Assembly (NCBI GenBank): GCA_004431415.1
Contig: QPMI01000189.1
Coordinates: 62,001-126,000 of the forward strand
Direction of reading: 5' to 3'
Origin: Cyanophora paradoxa CCMP329
Lineage: Eukaryota > Plantae > Glaucophyta
DNA: 64,000 nucleotides
The position numbers and the translations under genes are program-made. Shown here piece by piece: positions 43,519 through 54,949 of the stretch; the stretch's first letter is position 1; each line of letters begins with the position of its first letter. The notes beneath the pieces are model-generated. The model was not told where the DNA came from, did no database searches, and saw only the letters and a list, made by a program, of their open reading frames with translations.

Positions 43519-46500
43519 CTAGCCGGTGAAGGCGGAGAAGAGGCCGCCGAGGCGGGAGGCGGGGCGGCGGACGCGGGCGAGCTCCTCGGGCGAGAAGGCG
43601 AGCACCGTGGCGATCGCCGGCAGCAGCGCCTCGTGCTCCCCCGTCTCCATGTACTGCCGCCCCCGGCCCCACGTCAGCCGGCCCCGGCGGGCGGGGCGCC
43701 GGGGGCGGGGGCGGGCCTTCAGGATGATGTTCTTGAGGTAGGTGAGGTCCACGCGGGAGCGCTCCACCGTCAGGCTCCGCACCTGCGCGCCGGTGTGAGG
43801 CGAGGACTGGCTCTGCGGCGGGGGCGAGGGCGCTGGGGCGGGGCCGGGGGGCGGGGGCGGGCCTCGTCCTTGAGCATCTTCTGCTGCTCGAAGAGGAGCG
43901 CCTCGAGGGCCTCCTTCTCCCGGATCGTCTCCTCCCGCTCCCGCAGCGCAGCCTCCGCCGCCGCCAGCGCCCCCTGCAGCCGCTCGACCTCCTGCCCCCG
44001 CCCTCAGCCCCGCCCCGCCCCAGGCTCGCGGGCGGCGGGCGGGCCTGGGCGGCGCGGAGGACGTCGGCGCTCTCGCGGAGGGCGTCCCGCCGGCGGGCGG
44101 GCGCTGGCGCGGGCGAGGATCCCCTCCAGGATCTCCGCGTCCCTCCCCATCACGCCGCCCTGCCCCGCCCCTCCGACCCTGCCGCCCCTCACGCGGCGCC
44201 CAGGGGCGGGCCCAGAGGCGCCCCGCACCGGCGAAGCTCGCGGAGCGCCCGACGGCCTCGCGCTCGGCGCCGGGACGGGCGAGGCGGCGGCGGCGGCGGC
44301 GGCGGCGTGCGCGTGGGCGACCTGCACGGTGGCCGCCCCGAGCTGCCGCTCCGCCGCGAGGAGCCGCGCCTGCTGCCGCGCGCTCTCCACGGTCAGCTGC
44401 TTGTTCGCCCGCTGCAGCTCCGCCATCCGCTCCTCCAGCTCCGCCACCGCCGCCTCCCGCCGCCCCGCCTCCGCCTCCACCTGCTCCCGCGCCGCCGCCG
44501 CCTCGCGCCGCGCCGCCTCGAGCTCGACCTCCGCTGCGGCGGCCGGCTCGCGGGGCGGGCGGAGGGAAGAGGGGGGAGGGGCGGGGGGGACCGTCGGCCT
44601 TGGCGCGGAGGGCGGCCTCGCGGGCGCGCTCGAGGGCGGCGAGGCGGGCCTGCGTCTCCTCGTGCGCGCGCCGCTCCTCGCCCTTGCGGCGCTCCTCCCG
44701 CTCCTCGTGCTCCCGCACCGCCCGCCGCAGCCGCTCGACCTCCAGGCCCACCCCGCCCTCGTACTCCTCCTTCACGCGCGACAGCTGCCGCACCTGCCCG
44801 CCACCCGCGTCGGCGCGCAGCGGGGCCGACGAGGGCGACACCACCCCGGCCCCGCCTCGCTGCGTGTCCCGCGCTCCGACCCACCCTGCGGGCGGGCGGA
44901 CCTGGGCCTGGGCGGCGTCGAGCTCGTCCTGGAGGGAGCGGAGGGCGGTGGAGAGCTGCTGCTCCTTCTGGCTCAGCGCCAGCTGCGCCTTGGCCTTGTA
45001 GCGCCGCAGCTCCTCGTCGGCCACCTGCGCGTCGCGGCGGGCCTGCGCGAGGGCCCCCTCCGAGACGTAGGCGGCCAGCTCGAGCTCCCGCACGCGGTCC
45101 TGCATCCGCTGCCCCGCCTCCTCCCGCTCCCGCGCCGCCGCGATCCGCTCCGCCTCCACCCGCGCCTCCGCCTCCGCCAGCGCCACCTCCCCCTCCCGCC
45201 CCCGCGCCTCCCCGCCCGCCCCTCAGCCCCCCCGGCAAGGAACACCCGACACGCCCCCCGCCGCACCTTGGCCTCGGCGAGGGCGGCCTCGGCGGCGGCC
45301 CGGGCGGCCTCGGCGGCGGCGAGGGCGGCGGCGGAGTCGGCGGCGGCCTTCTCGGCGGCGGTGGCGCGGGCGGTGAGCTCCGTCATCTTGACCTGCGAGA
45401 ACTTCTTGAACTTGTCGAGCGTCGCCTGCTTCTCCCCGCCGCCTTCTGCAGGCCCGTCACCTCGCCCTCCAGCTCCGCCACCCGCCCCATCTGCTCCGCC
45501 AGCCGCTCCGACGCCCCCGCCAGCTCCCCTCCAGCTCCCGCACCCGCGCCGCCGCCGCCTCCCGCCCGCCTCGCCCTCCTCCGTCAGCGCCGGCATGCCC
45601 GGTCCACCGAGCGGGGCGCCGCCGCCCGCGCTGCCTCCAGCTCGCTTCGCAGAGCCGCGAGGGCCCGCTCGTGCGCCGCGGCGGCCGCCGCCTTGGCCCG
45701 CCGCTCCTCCTCGAGGCGCCCCGTCAGCTCCTGCGCCTCGTGCCGCAGAGCCCTGGCGCCCTGTCAGGCCCCTCCGCCCGGGGGCACTCGCGCGGGAGGG
45801 ACGGGAGCGCACTCGAGCTCAGCCGCCGCTGAGGCGGCCCCCGCCTCCGCCGTCGCTGCGGAGCGCTTCCGCGCCGCCTCCGCCTCGCGCTTGGCCGCCT
45901 CGAGCTGCTGCTGCGCCGCCGCCGCCTTCGCCTCCGCCTCCTCCCACGCCTTGCTCACCTGCGCGCCGCGTCGCGCCCCGCCGCCCTCTCGGGAGGCAGC
46001 GGAAGGGAAGCGAGGGGGCACCATGGCGAGGCTCTCCTCCATCTCCTGGACGCGCGCCTGGGCGGCGGGGCCCTGGGCGCCGCGCGCGTGCTTCCCGGCG
46101 GCCGCGTCGGCGCGCAGGGCGGCGAGCTCGTCGCGGCGGCGGCGAGGTCGGCGCGGGCGCGGGCCGCGTCGGCGTGGGCGGCCTCGAGGTCGGCCTCGGC
46201 GGCGTCGGCGCGGCCCTCGAGCTGCTGGCACGCCGCCTGCAGCGACGCCACCTCCGACTCCAGCTGCCCCGCCCGCACCCCCTCCCCGCCTCCGCCCCGC
46301 GCCCGCCGCCGCCGCCGCGCGCGCCTCGTCCCGCTCCCGCGTCAGCTCGGCAATCTGCGCCTCCAGACCCGCGAACTTCTTTTTGGAGAGGAGCTTCAGC
46401 TTCTCGAGCTGCGCCCGCGCCTCCCCGCTCTCCTTCTGCGCCGCCGCCGCCGCCGCCTCCAGCTCCGCAGCGCGCTCGCCGCCGCCCGAGCCGGCAGCCT

Positions 46501-49500
46501 CGCGCGCCTCGACGGCCTCCGCGAGGGCGGCCCGCAGGCGCGTCGCCTCGGCCGCCCCCTCCCCTAGTTCGCCCCGCAGCCGCGCCACCTCGGCCTCCAG
46601 ACCGGCGACTTGGCCCTCGTACTCCGCGTTCATCGCCCGCGCCCCTGCCGCCGCCTCCTCTTGCGCACGCACAGCGGCCGCCTCCGCCTCCTCCCGCGCC
46701 TTGGTCGCCGCCGCGAGCTCGCCCTCCAGCGCGCTCACGCGCTCCTGCAGCTGCTCGGCCACCTCGCCGGCGCCCGCCGCCGCTGCCACGCGCGCCTCCG
46801 CCTCCTCCCGCGCCTTGGTCGCCGCCGCGAGCTCGCCCTCCAGCGCGCTCACGCGCTCCTGCAGCTGCTCGGCCACCTCGCCGGCGCCCGCCGCCGCTGC
46901 CACGCGCGCCTCCGCCTCCTCCCGCGCCTTGGTCGCCGCCGCGAGCTCGCCCTCCAGCGCGTTCACGCGCTCCTGCAGCTGCTCGGCCGCCTCGCCGGCG
47001 CCCGCCGCCGCTGCCACGCGCGCCTCCGCCTCCTCCCGCGCCTTGGTCGCCGCCGCGAGCTCGCCCTCCAGCGCGCTCACGCGCTCCTGCAGCTGCTCGG
47101 CCGCCTCGCCGGCGCCCGCCGCCGCTGCCACGCGCGCCTCCGCCTCCTCCCGCGCCTTGGTCGCCGCCGCGAGCTCGCCCTCCAGTGCGCTCACGCGCTC
47201 CTGCAGCTGCTCGGCCGCCTCGCCGGCGCCCGCCGCCGCTGCCACGCGCGCCTCCGCCTCCTCCCGCGCCTTGGTCGCCGCCGCGAGCTCGGCCTCCAGC
47301 GCGCTCACGCGCTCCTGCAGCTGCTCGGCCGCCTCGCCGGCGCCCGCCGCCGCTGCCACGCGCGCCTCCGCCTCCTCCCGCGCCTTGGTCGCCGCCGCGA
47401 GCTCGCCCTCCAGTGCGCTCACGCGCTCCTGCAGCTGCTCGGCCGCCTCGCCGGCGCCCGCCGCCGCTGCCACGCGCGCCTCCGCCTCCTCCCGCGCCTT
47501 GGTCGCCGCCGCGAGCTCGGCCTCCAGCGCGCTCACGCGCTCCTGCAGCTGCTCGGCCGCCTCGCCGGCGCCCGCCGCCGCTGCCACGCGCGCCTCCGCC
47601 TCCTCCCGCGCCTTGGTCGCCGCCGCGAGCTCGCCCTCCAGTGCGCTCACGCGCTCCTGCAGCTGCTCGGCCGCCTCGCCGGCGCCCGCCGCCGCTGCCA
47701 CGCGCGCCTCCGCCTCCTCCCGCGCCTTGGTCGCCGCCGCGAGCTCGGCCTCCAGCGCGCTCACGCGCTCCTGCAGCTGCTCGGCCACCTCGCCGGCGCC
47801 CGCCGCCGCTGCCACGCGCGCCTCCGCCTCCTCCCGCGCCTTGGTCGCCGCCGCGAGCTCGCCCTCCAGTGCGCTCACGCGCTCCTGCAGCTGCTCGGCC
47901 GCCTCGCCGGCGCCCGCCGCCGCTGCCACGCGCGCCTCCGCCTCCTCCCGCGCCTTGGTCGCCGCCGCGAGCTCGCCCTCCAGTGCGCTCACGCGCTCCT
48001 GCAGCTGCTCGGCCGCCTCGCCGGCGCCCGCCGCCGCTGCCACGCGCGCCTCCGCCTCCTCCCGCGCCTTGGTCGCCGCCGCGAGCTCGCCCTCCAGCGC
48101 GCTCACGCGCTCCTGCAGCTGCTCGGCCGCCTCGCCGGCGCCCGCCGCCGCTGCCACGCGCGCCTCCGCCTCCTCCCGCGCCTTGGTCGCCGCCGCGAGC
48201 TCGCCCTCCAGTGCGCTCACGCGCTCCTGCAGCTGCTCGGCCGCCTCGCCGGCGCCCGCCGCCGCTGCCACGCGCGCCTCCGCCTCCTCCCGCGCCTTGG
48301 TCGCCGCCGCGAGCTCGCCCTCCAGTGCGCTCACGCGCTCCTGCAGCTGCTCGGCCGCCTCGCCGGCGCCCGCCGCCGCTGCCACGCGCGCCTCCGCCTC
48401 CTCCCGCGCCTTGGTCGCCGCCGCGAGCTCGCCCTCCAGCGCGCTCACGCGCTCCTGCAGCTGCTCGGCCGCCTCGCCGGCGCCCGCCGCCGCTGCCACG
48501 CGCGCCTCCGCCTCCTCCCGCGCCTTGGTCGCCGCCGCGAGCTGCTCTTCCAGGCTCGACGCTCGCTTCGACGCCTCCGCCGCCGCCGCTTCTGCGGCCG
48601 ATGCGCTGGCCTTGCTCTGGGCGCGCGCCGCCTCCAGCTCGCTCTCGAGCTTGGCGATCTGCACCGCCGGCGGGTTAGCCACGGCCGGCGGCAGTGCGGG
48701 CAACGGACACACGGTCGCCTGGAGCGCGGCGCTGGCAGTCTGGGCGTCGGCGTCGGCCTGCTGCGCGGCGCGGAGCTGCTCCTCGAAGGCGTGGGCCTGC
48801 CGCCGCGAGTCGGGCGCCGGTCGCGGCGGCAGAAGGCGGGCCCCCGCGCACCTTCGCAATCGCCTCCTCGGCGTGCGACTTGGCCTCTGCGAGCGCCGCC
48901 TCCAGCGCCTGGGCCTGCGGGGGTGCTCAAGGAGGGGGGCGGAGGCGGCGGGGGCGCCCCGCGCGCACCCGCTCGGCCTTGGCTGCGGTGAGCTCCTCCT
49001 CCAACGAAGCCGCCTTTGCTTCGGCCGCTTCCCGCAGCCGGAGCAGCTCCGCCGCCCGCTCGGCCGCCTCGCGCAGCGTCCCCTGCACTGCCTCCGCGCT
49101 CTTCGCGGCCGCCTCGAGCTCCTCTCCCCGCTTCTGCGCCTCCGACAGGGCCGCCGTACGATCTTCGATGGTCTTCTGCGCTGCTGCAATCTCTGATGCC
49201 GCCGCCTCGAGCTTCGCTGTGAGCGCCTGGACGATGTGTGCCGACTTGTCGACTTCAGCCTTGAGAGCGTCCCGCTCCTCCCGCAGGCCCGCCGCCTCAT
49301 TCTTCACCGCTTCAAGTTCCGCCGTCAACGCGCTGCTTGCGCTGTCTCCGCCCGAACCAGCCGCGCCCTGGGTTGCCACCACTCGAGCCGCCTCCAACTC
49401 CTTCGTCAAGTCCGCGATTTGGGTTTCGAGCGTCTTGAACTTGTTCTTGGCCACAACTTTGAAGCGCTCTAGCTGAGCCTTCGCCTCTGTGCATTCCTTC

Positions 49501-49707
49501 TGCGAGGTCGCCAAGGCGGCGGCCAGATCTGTGTGGCGCGTTGGCGGGGGCGCGTCTGCGCTAGAGCGTCATCGCGGCGCACCGCCGGACCCATCGGACG
49601 CGTTTATGTCCTGCCATCCGTCGCCGTCCTGTGAAAACCAGGCCGTGAGACGTCGCGTGGTCGAATCGATGCGCTATAGCAACCTATCGTTCCGAACGCA
49701 CCGCCAT
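43519..49707 (-). CDS. GRIP-domain golgin (long coiled coil, trans-Golgi tether), multi-exon
   Basis: C-terminus VDLTYLKNIILK|YMETGEHEALLPAIATVLAFSPEE is a GRIP domain. Start MA|DGDGWQDINASDGSG|DLAAALATSQKE. Continuous heptad-rich sequence in between. Confidence 0.9.
46680..48542 (-). repeat. Exonic tandem array, 114-bp (38-aa) unit x16 plus a partial unit
   Basis: The TTGGTC anchor recurs every 114 bp from 46701 to 48525. Unit LAAATKAREEAEARVAAAAGAGEAAEQLQERVSALEGE. Confidence 0.97.
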
Positions 49708-49936
49708 CGGCGGAAAGCAGCGCTTCAGACGGGCTGAGACGGGCTACTCAGACGGCCAAACGGGGGGTACCCTCATCAACTGTTGCCACAGTTTTGGCTT
49801 CCTCGAGCTCGGATAGCAGCGTTTCCCACCGCAGCCGAGTTTCTTGGTGAGCTGCGACAGAGGCTAACTGTTTTGAAGAGAGAGATTCTGATCGGCGCCC
49901 AGAGCAAGAACAAGCACGCGACAGTCACTCGTAGCC

Positions 49937-51896
49937 ATGGGAGATGATGCGCCACCTATCTCGAACTACAAGGCAAACATCGCCGCCTCGCCCGACCGCG
50001 CTGGCCCCTGCAGCTAAACCTGGCGCAGGGGGTCATGTTGTGCGACAGGCCCAGCGGCGATGGCGGCGCGTACGGACGGTGCGCCGTAGTCTTGCCTATG
50101 GCGCCATTCATAGACTCAACGCGCTGCGCTCGCAGGTCCGGAAGGGAAGGAGGGCCGACGGCTTTCGTGAGCCGGGTCACGCCGCACGAGCCCATAGGCT
50201 GGAATCCCGTAAAGAAGGAGAACCCACACTTAGAAGAACCGAAGAAGAAGACTAGCGGTGCGTGCGACTCGGTTGCAGCCCTATGCGGCCACTGAGGACC
50301 TGCAGGTTCGGTGGACGCTCTGACGAGGCACAAGAAGTGGCTTCGGGAGTTGCGGGAATACAAAAGGAGGTTAGCTGTGGAGGAGGAGCTGATGCAGAAT
50401 GAGGCGGAGGAGAAGAGGAAGAAGGTCGGCGCGACCCGTCCGCGTGGCCTTCCTCATCCTGACGCCGGCGCAGTTCACGGAGTACCAGAAGCAGATGCGG
50501 GATCTGATCAGGAAGGGAAAGAGCATCGTGAAGGGGAAAGGTGGGCAGCGGCAGGGCGACGCGGCGCGGGCTGGCTGGCGGGGCGGGGCGCGAGCCGGCG
50601 GGGCGCAGAGCCGGAGCTGGACCCGGAGGAGCTTGTGCGGCAGGCGCAGGAGCAGCTGGGGATGGGGAGTCTGGCGGCGGACGTGGTGGCCGACGTGCTG
50701 GCCGAGGCGCCGACGGTGCCGGCGAGGAAGGCGGAGAAGAAGGGGAAGAAGGAGAAGAAGGAGCGGCCGGCGTGGGCGCTCACCGAGGGCGAGCTGGCCC
50801 GCCAGGAGGAGGACGAGGCGGACGACCTCATCAACTTCGCCACCGGTCTCGACTTCGACCGCTGTCCGCTCCACTCCCCGGCCTCCTCCTGCGCTGCTCT
50901 CGCTCTGCTGAGCGGCGGGGCAGACATGGAGGACATGGAGGTGCGGCAGAAGATCAAGCAGATCCGGCAGCGCGTCAAGGAGCTCGCCGAGGAGCGCAAG
51001 GCCGAGCACCTCGCCGCCGCCGCCGCAGCAGCAGCAGCAGACGACGCCAGCGGCGGCGAGGGCGCCTCGGGCAGCAGCGGCGGCGAGGGCGGCGCCTCGG
51101 AGGGCGAGGCACCCGCCTACGCCCGCCCCACGCACAGTGCGCCGGCCCGAGCGCGTGTGCGCGCAAGGCGTCGCCTGCGCGCTGCCTGACCCCGCCTGCC
51201 TCGTCCAGCGTCGGCCTCGCGCGTGCGGACAGCAGCGGCGACGGCGCCGCCGCCGCCGGCGACGGCGGGCGAGGGGACGCGGTGCGGGGGCGGGGCGGGG
51301 GGCGGGGGCGGGTCTGAGGCGGGGCGGGGCGGGGCGCAGGCGGCGGCGGGGAAGCTGGCGGAGCGAAAGGAGGCGGAGCGCATCCTGCAGAGCTCCCACG
51401 TGCGCCCGCGCCGCCCCTCTCTCGAAGCCTCCCGCCCTCCCGGGGCTGAGGGCGGCGAGCGCAGAAGCTGCGGAGCGTGCACTCGCCGGCCTCCATCAAG
51501 AGCATCATGGAGGAGATCAAAGAGAAGAAGGCCAAGTGCGCGGCGACCCCCCGCCCCCCCCCCCCCCCCGCGCCGCTCTTTTCCGCACGGCCGACAAGAG
51601 GCGGCAGGCAGCCCTCGCAGCCGGCTATTCCCGAGGAGCCCAACGTCCTTGTACTACCCGAGGTGCGCCCAGGCCCGCCCGCACCCGGCCCGCCCGCCCG
51701 GCGCCCCTCAGGAGTGGCGCGTAGGGTGTGCGGGCGTGACCGCGCCTGACGGCGGCGGGCGGGCGGCGCGCAGCGGGACAAGTCGCCGCCGAAGTACGTG
51801 CGGGTGGAGAAGAAGGAGGGGGCGGCGGCCGGGCGAGCTGCCGCCGCCAGGGACGGCTCCAACCTCCCCTTCCTCCACAGGCACCCCGGCGTCTGA
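49937..51896 (+). CDS. Conserved uncharacterised protein of the type seen in flagellated protists, multi-exon
   Basis: MGDDAPPISNYK|GVMLCDRP (GC-AG intron); ALTRHKKWLREL; RPAWALTE..EEDEADDLINFATGLDFD..DMEVR; KLRSVHSPASIK; C-terminus SNLPFLHRHPGV*. The family is recognised from memory, not verified. Confidence 0.7.
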
Positions 51897-53019
51897 GCGC
51901 CCGGGTCCCCTGCTCCCGTTTGGAAGCACCAATTCATTCCCGGGTTCCTGCGGTGTCGTCCAGTGCCTGGGGAGATCTAGATGGACACATCCGGGGGAGC
52001 CCGTGTCGCATCCCCCTTCAGCCTTGCCCCGCGAGCCCCGTGCCCGTGGGGGACCACGGGGGGACAGTGGGGGTTCCTTTGGCTCCCAGCCACGTGCAGT
52101 CACGTGCGAGGCCTGCGGATCGCCCAACGACGCCCACATCCAGATCCGATGCGTATCACACTGTGACAGTCTTGCGAATTCCAATTCCATGCAGTTTGCG
52201 CACTGAGCAGTGAGCATGCATGTGGATCATGATTCAGGAATTATAAGGATACGTCGTGTACTAGTCGGTTCGGTACGTATACGTATACGGGTCGATTTGC
52301 GACTCTAGATGGCTCCGGGATCCTGGCAGCCTCTCCGCCGGACCGCCGCGGCCCTCGAGCTCCGCCGGGCCCGGGCCTCCGGAGGCTCCGGAGCCTGCAA
52401 TTGTGCAGGCCCGGCAAATTGGGGCGGCAATTCGATATTCATGGAATATGCCATATCGACATGCGTTTGAAGCTGGAGGGGCGCGGCGCCGGCAAGCGAA
52501 ACTGAAACGTTAAGCCGCGCTTTGCGCCTGTTCGATTCGTTGTGCTCGTACCCCTCAATTCATCCCCCCTGATCGAAGAGCGTGGGCGCCAGGTTCAAGC
52601 CTTGAAGAAAAAGGAAGGCGCCGCGGCGGCCAGGGTCAGGAGAAGCGACCAGCGCAGCGGCCAGGACCAGGAAGATCAGCACCGCGCACCAAGGTAACTG
52701 CCCCGCTGGTGCATCGTGTGGCGCTTCCCGACGAGTTCCGGCAGTTCTGGTTTGAATCCTCCATCCAATCTTGCGACTTTCTTCGCTCCCAACAATGCAG
52801 GTTGCCGGTGAGTGCGAGAGCTCCGCAATGGATCAGCGCGTCCGCGCGCGTTCGTTCCAGCGTTGGCCCGCCCCGTCTGTTTAAATGTGATGTATAACTT
52901 CTCTTGCATCGGATTTTGATCTTATACGCCGCGCCAAAATTCCCCGTGTCGCCTTGAGGATGCGGCCAAATGGACGCGCGCCTGGGGCTGGCTGACGCTC
53001 GTGAGCGATTGCAGGATCA

Positions 53020-54134
53020 ATGCATGGTTTGGCGAGCAGCTTCAAGCCCCGCCCCGCCGCCCTGATCACCGAGGATGGCCGAGGATTCCGGACGGGCAAG
53101 TCGGCTTGGTGCAAAGTGCCAGGTCGTGGCCGTCGTCGATCGCGCGATGAAGGAGTCATCTGCGGCACTCGGGATCACACACTCCTGGAGATCGCCGACT
53201 CGAACAAGCAAGACGCGCCCGAGATCTGGCTCCTCAATTCATGCAAGAAGCTTCGCGGGGCAGAGAATGCCGCGCGGGGCGCGTCGGGGGTGAGTCTGCG
53301 TCCCGTTGACGCGCCGCGCGTGCCGGTTGGGAGTTCCTGACGGGATGACCGCAGGCGCGATCGCCTGACCCCGCCCGCGAGATCGCGGCGCGGTGCTTCA
53401 CGCCCGTCGCCTTCTCTCCGGCGCTGGCCTCGCCTGCGCGGGGCCTCCCGCCGCGGCCGCCCTCCTCGTCCGCCTCGCTCTGCGCCTCGGCGCACTCGAC
53501 CCCCGGGCGCTCCCCCGCGCGCCGATCCCGCCACGAGTCCACCCCGCCCTCCCCTCTCTTCGGGCACGCCTCCGACTGCAGCCCCTCGCGCCGCCCCTGC
53601 AGCCCGGCGTACCCCCCGCCCAGCAGCCCCCTCATGCGCCGGCCCTGCAGCCCGGCGCCGCGCCCGCCGTGCAGCCCGGCTCGGGGCGGGCGCTCGGGGC
53701 GGAGCGTGACGCCGCAGCGGCTCTTCGGCTCGACGGCCTTCGGGCTGCACGGGTTCCTCGCCTCGCTCGGCCACGTGCGCGCCCCAACCGCCCCCCCCCC
53801 CCCCCGCCTCACCCGCCCGCCCCCTCAGGACGACGACGAGCTGCTCGGCATCGACGGCCCCTCGGACGAGCGCCTCGCCACGCCGCCCTTCGACACCGGC
53901 CGCCGCTGGTCCGACCTCTCCCTCGCCCGCGAGGCCGGCCCCATGTTCTCCGTGCGCCCCCCGCCTTCCCCGCCCGGCCCCTCGGAGCGCCGCTGACGCG
54001 AACCGCAGCCGCCGGCGCTCGACGCCGACAGCGCCGCGAAGCTGCGCGGCGGCCTACAGCTGCACGCCCCCGTCGCCATCCGCCGTCCGCCGCCTTCTGC
54101 CCCGCCCCCCGCGACCTCGACCCTCAAGCATTGA
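53020..54134 (+). CDS. Ser/Pro/Arg-rich hypothetical protein (many SP/TP sites), multi-exon; 5' end uncertain
   Basis: Exon blocks ARSPDPAREIAARCFTPVAFSP..RRPCSP repeats..LGH|DDDELLGIDGP..MFS|PPALDAD..TLKH* with typical short introns. Confidence 0.45.
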
Positions 54135-54949
54135 GCACGGCGAGACCCCGTATGAGATTTAGGCCATGACTCGTCTTTTTTGAATTCGTCTCGATCCTCT
54201 TTTTCAAGGAACTTCGCTCTTTTTAAAGGACCTCGCGTCCACCTCTTGTACAGCACAGGCGCCGCCAGTCAGTGCGAAGTCCAGTAGGCTTCGATATCAC
54301 TTTATATGCATAAGCTTCCCGACATTCAATCGGAGCTAGGTTTGTAGGTTTTTGCTTCCCGCTTACTTGTGTAGTTGATCACACAGCCGCTGAATTGCGG
54401 TTGAGCCTTGAGTCGTTCCCTGAGTGTATGCATGCTCGATCTATCTAGATCTGTACTTGCAATATGTATTCCGCATCTTGGTGTTAACGTTGGCGGATAA
54501 GGTAATCAAATTCGATCGCAAAGATCAAATCGAAGCTTAAGCCATCTACCCGGCGGGGTACGGCGTCGGAAAGGCGTGTGGCCGCTCGAACTTGATCCGG
54601 AGCTTGTCCTGCTTGAGCTGCACAGCGCGAAAGCCCCGAGCTAGCGAGGCTGCTTAGTGCGAGCTACGAGTTATCCGGTCGATGCCCGCACAACAGGGCA
54701 CAGCCAGGAGCGGGCGGCTCGCGCGAGCGCCAGCGAGGCGATTCAATTGCACATTCCAGTGCACCGATGATGTTCCGATCGTAGCCTGCCCTCCCCAGAC
54801 GCTACTGGAGGTTCGCTGTCCGAGCGCGCGCGCGGTGGGCTAGCGCGGTAGCTTTAGCTGGAGCCGTTAGCATCCGCGAAGAGCCCGAGAACGTCGCACG
54901 GGATGCGATCGTATGCGATCGGGATGCGTCGCACCAATCGACCCGTACG

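Noticed and set aside
42352-49196. Giant + strand ORFs (2108, 1629 and 793 aa) and many other long Arg/Pro/Gly-rich ORFs
   Set aside because: They are shadow frames of GC-rich, stop-poor DNA antisense to the golgin and its repeat. Only the first ~260 aa of the 2108-aa ORF is real (a RAP gene exon).
49935-49940. CCATGG giving overlapping ATGs on both strands, as a possible shared start for the golgin and the + strand gene
   Set aside because: The golgin splices cleanly from ATG 49707 (MA|DGDGWQ...). The upstream minus-strand reading cannot be joined in frame with a normal-sized intron.
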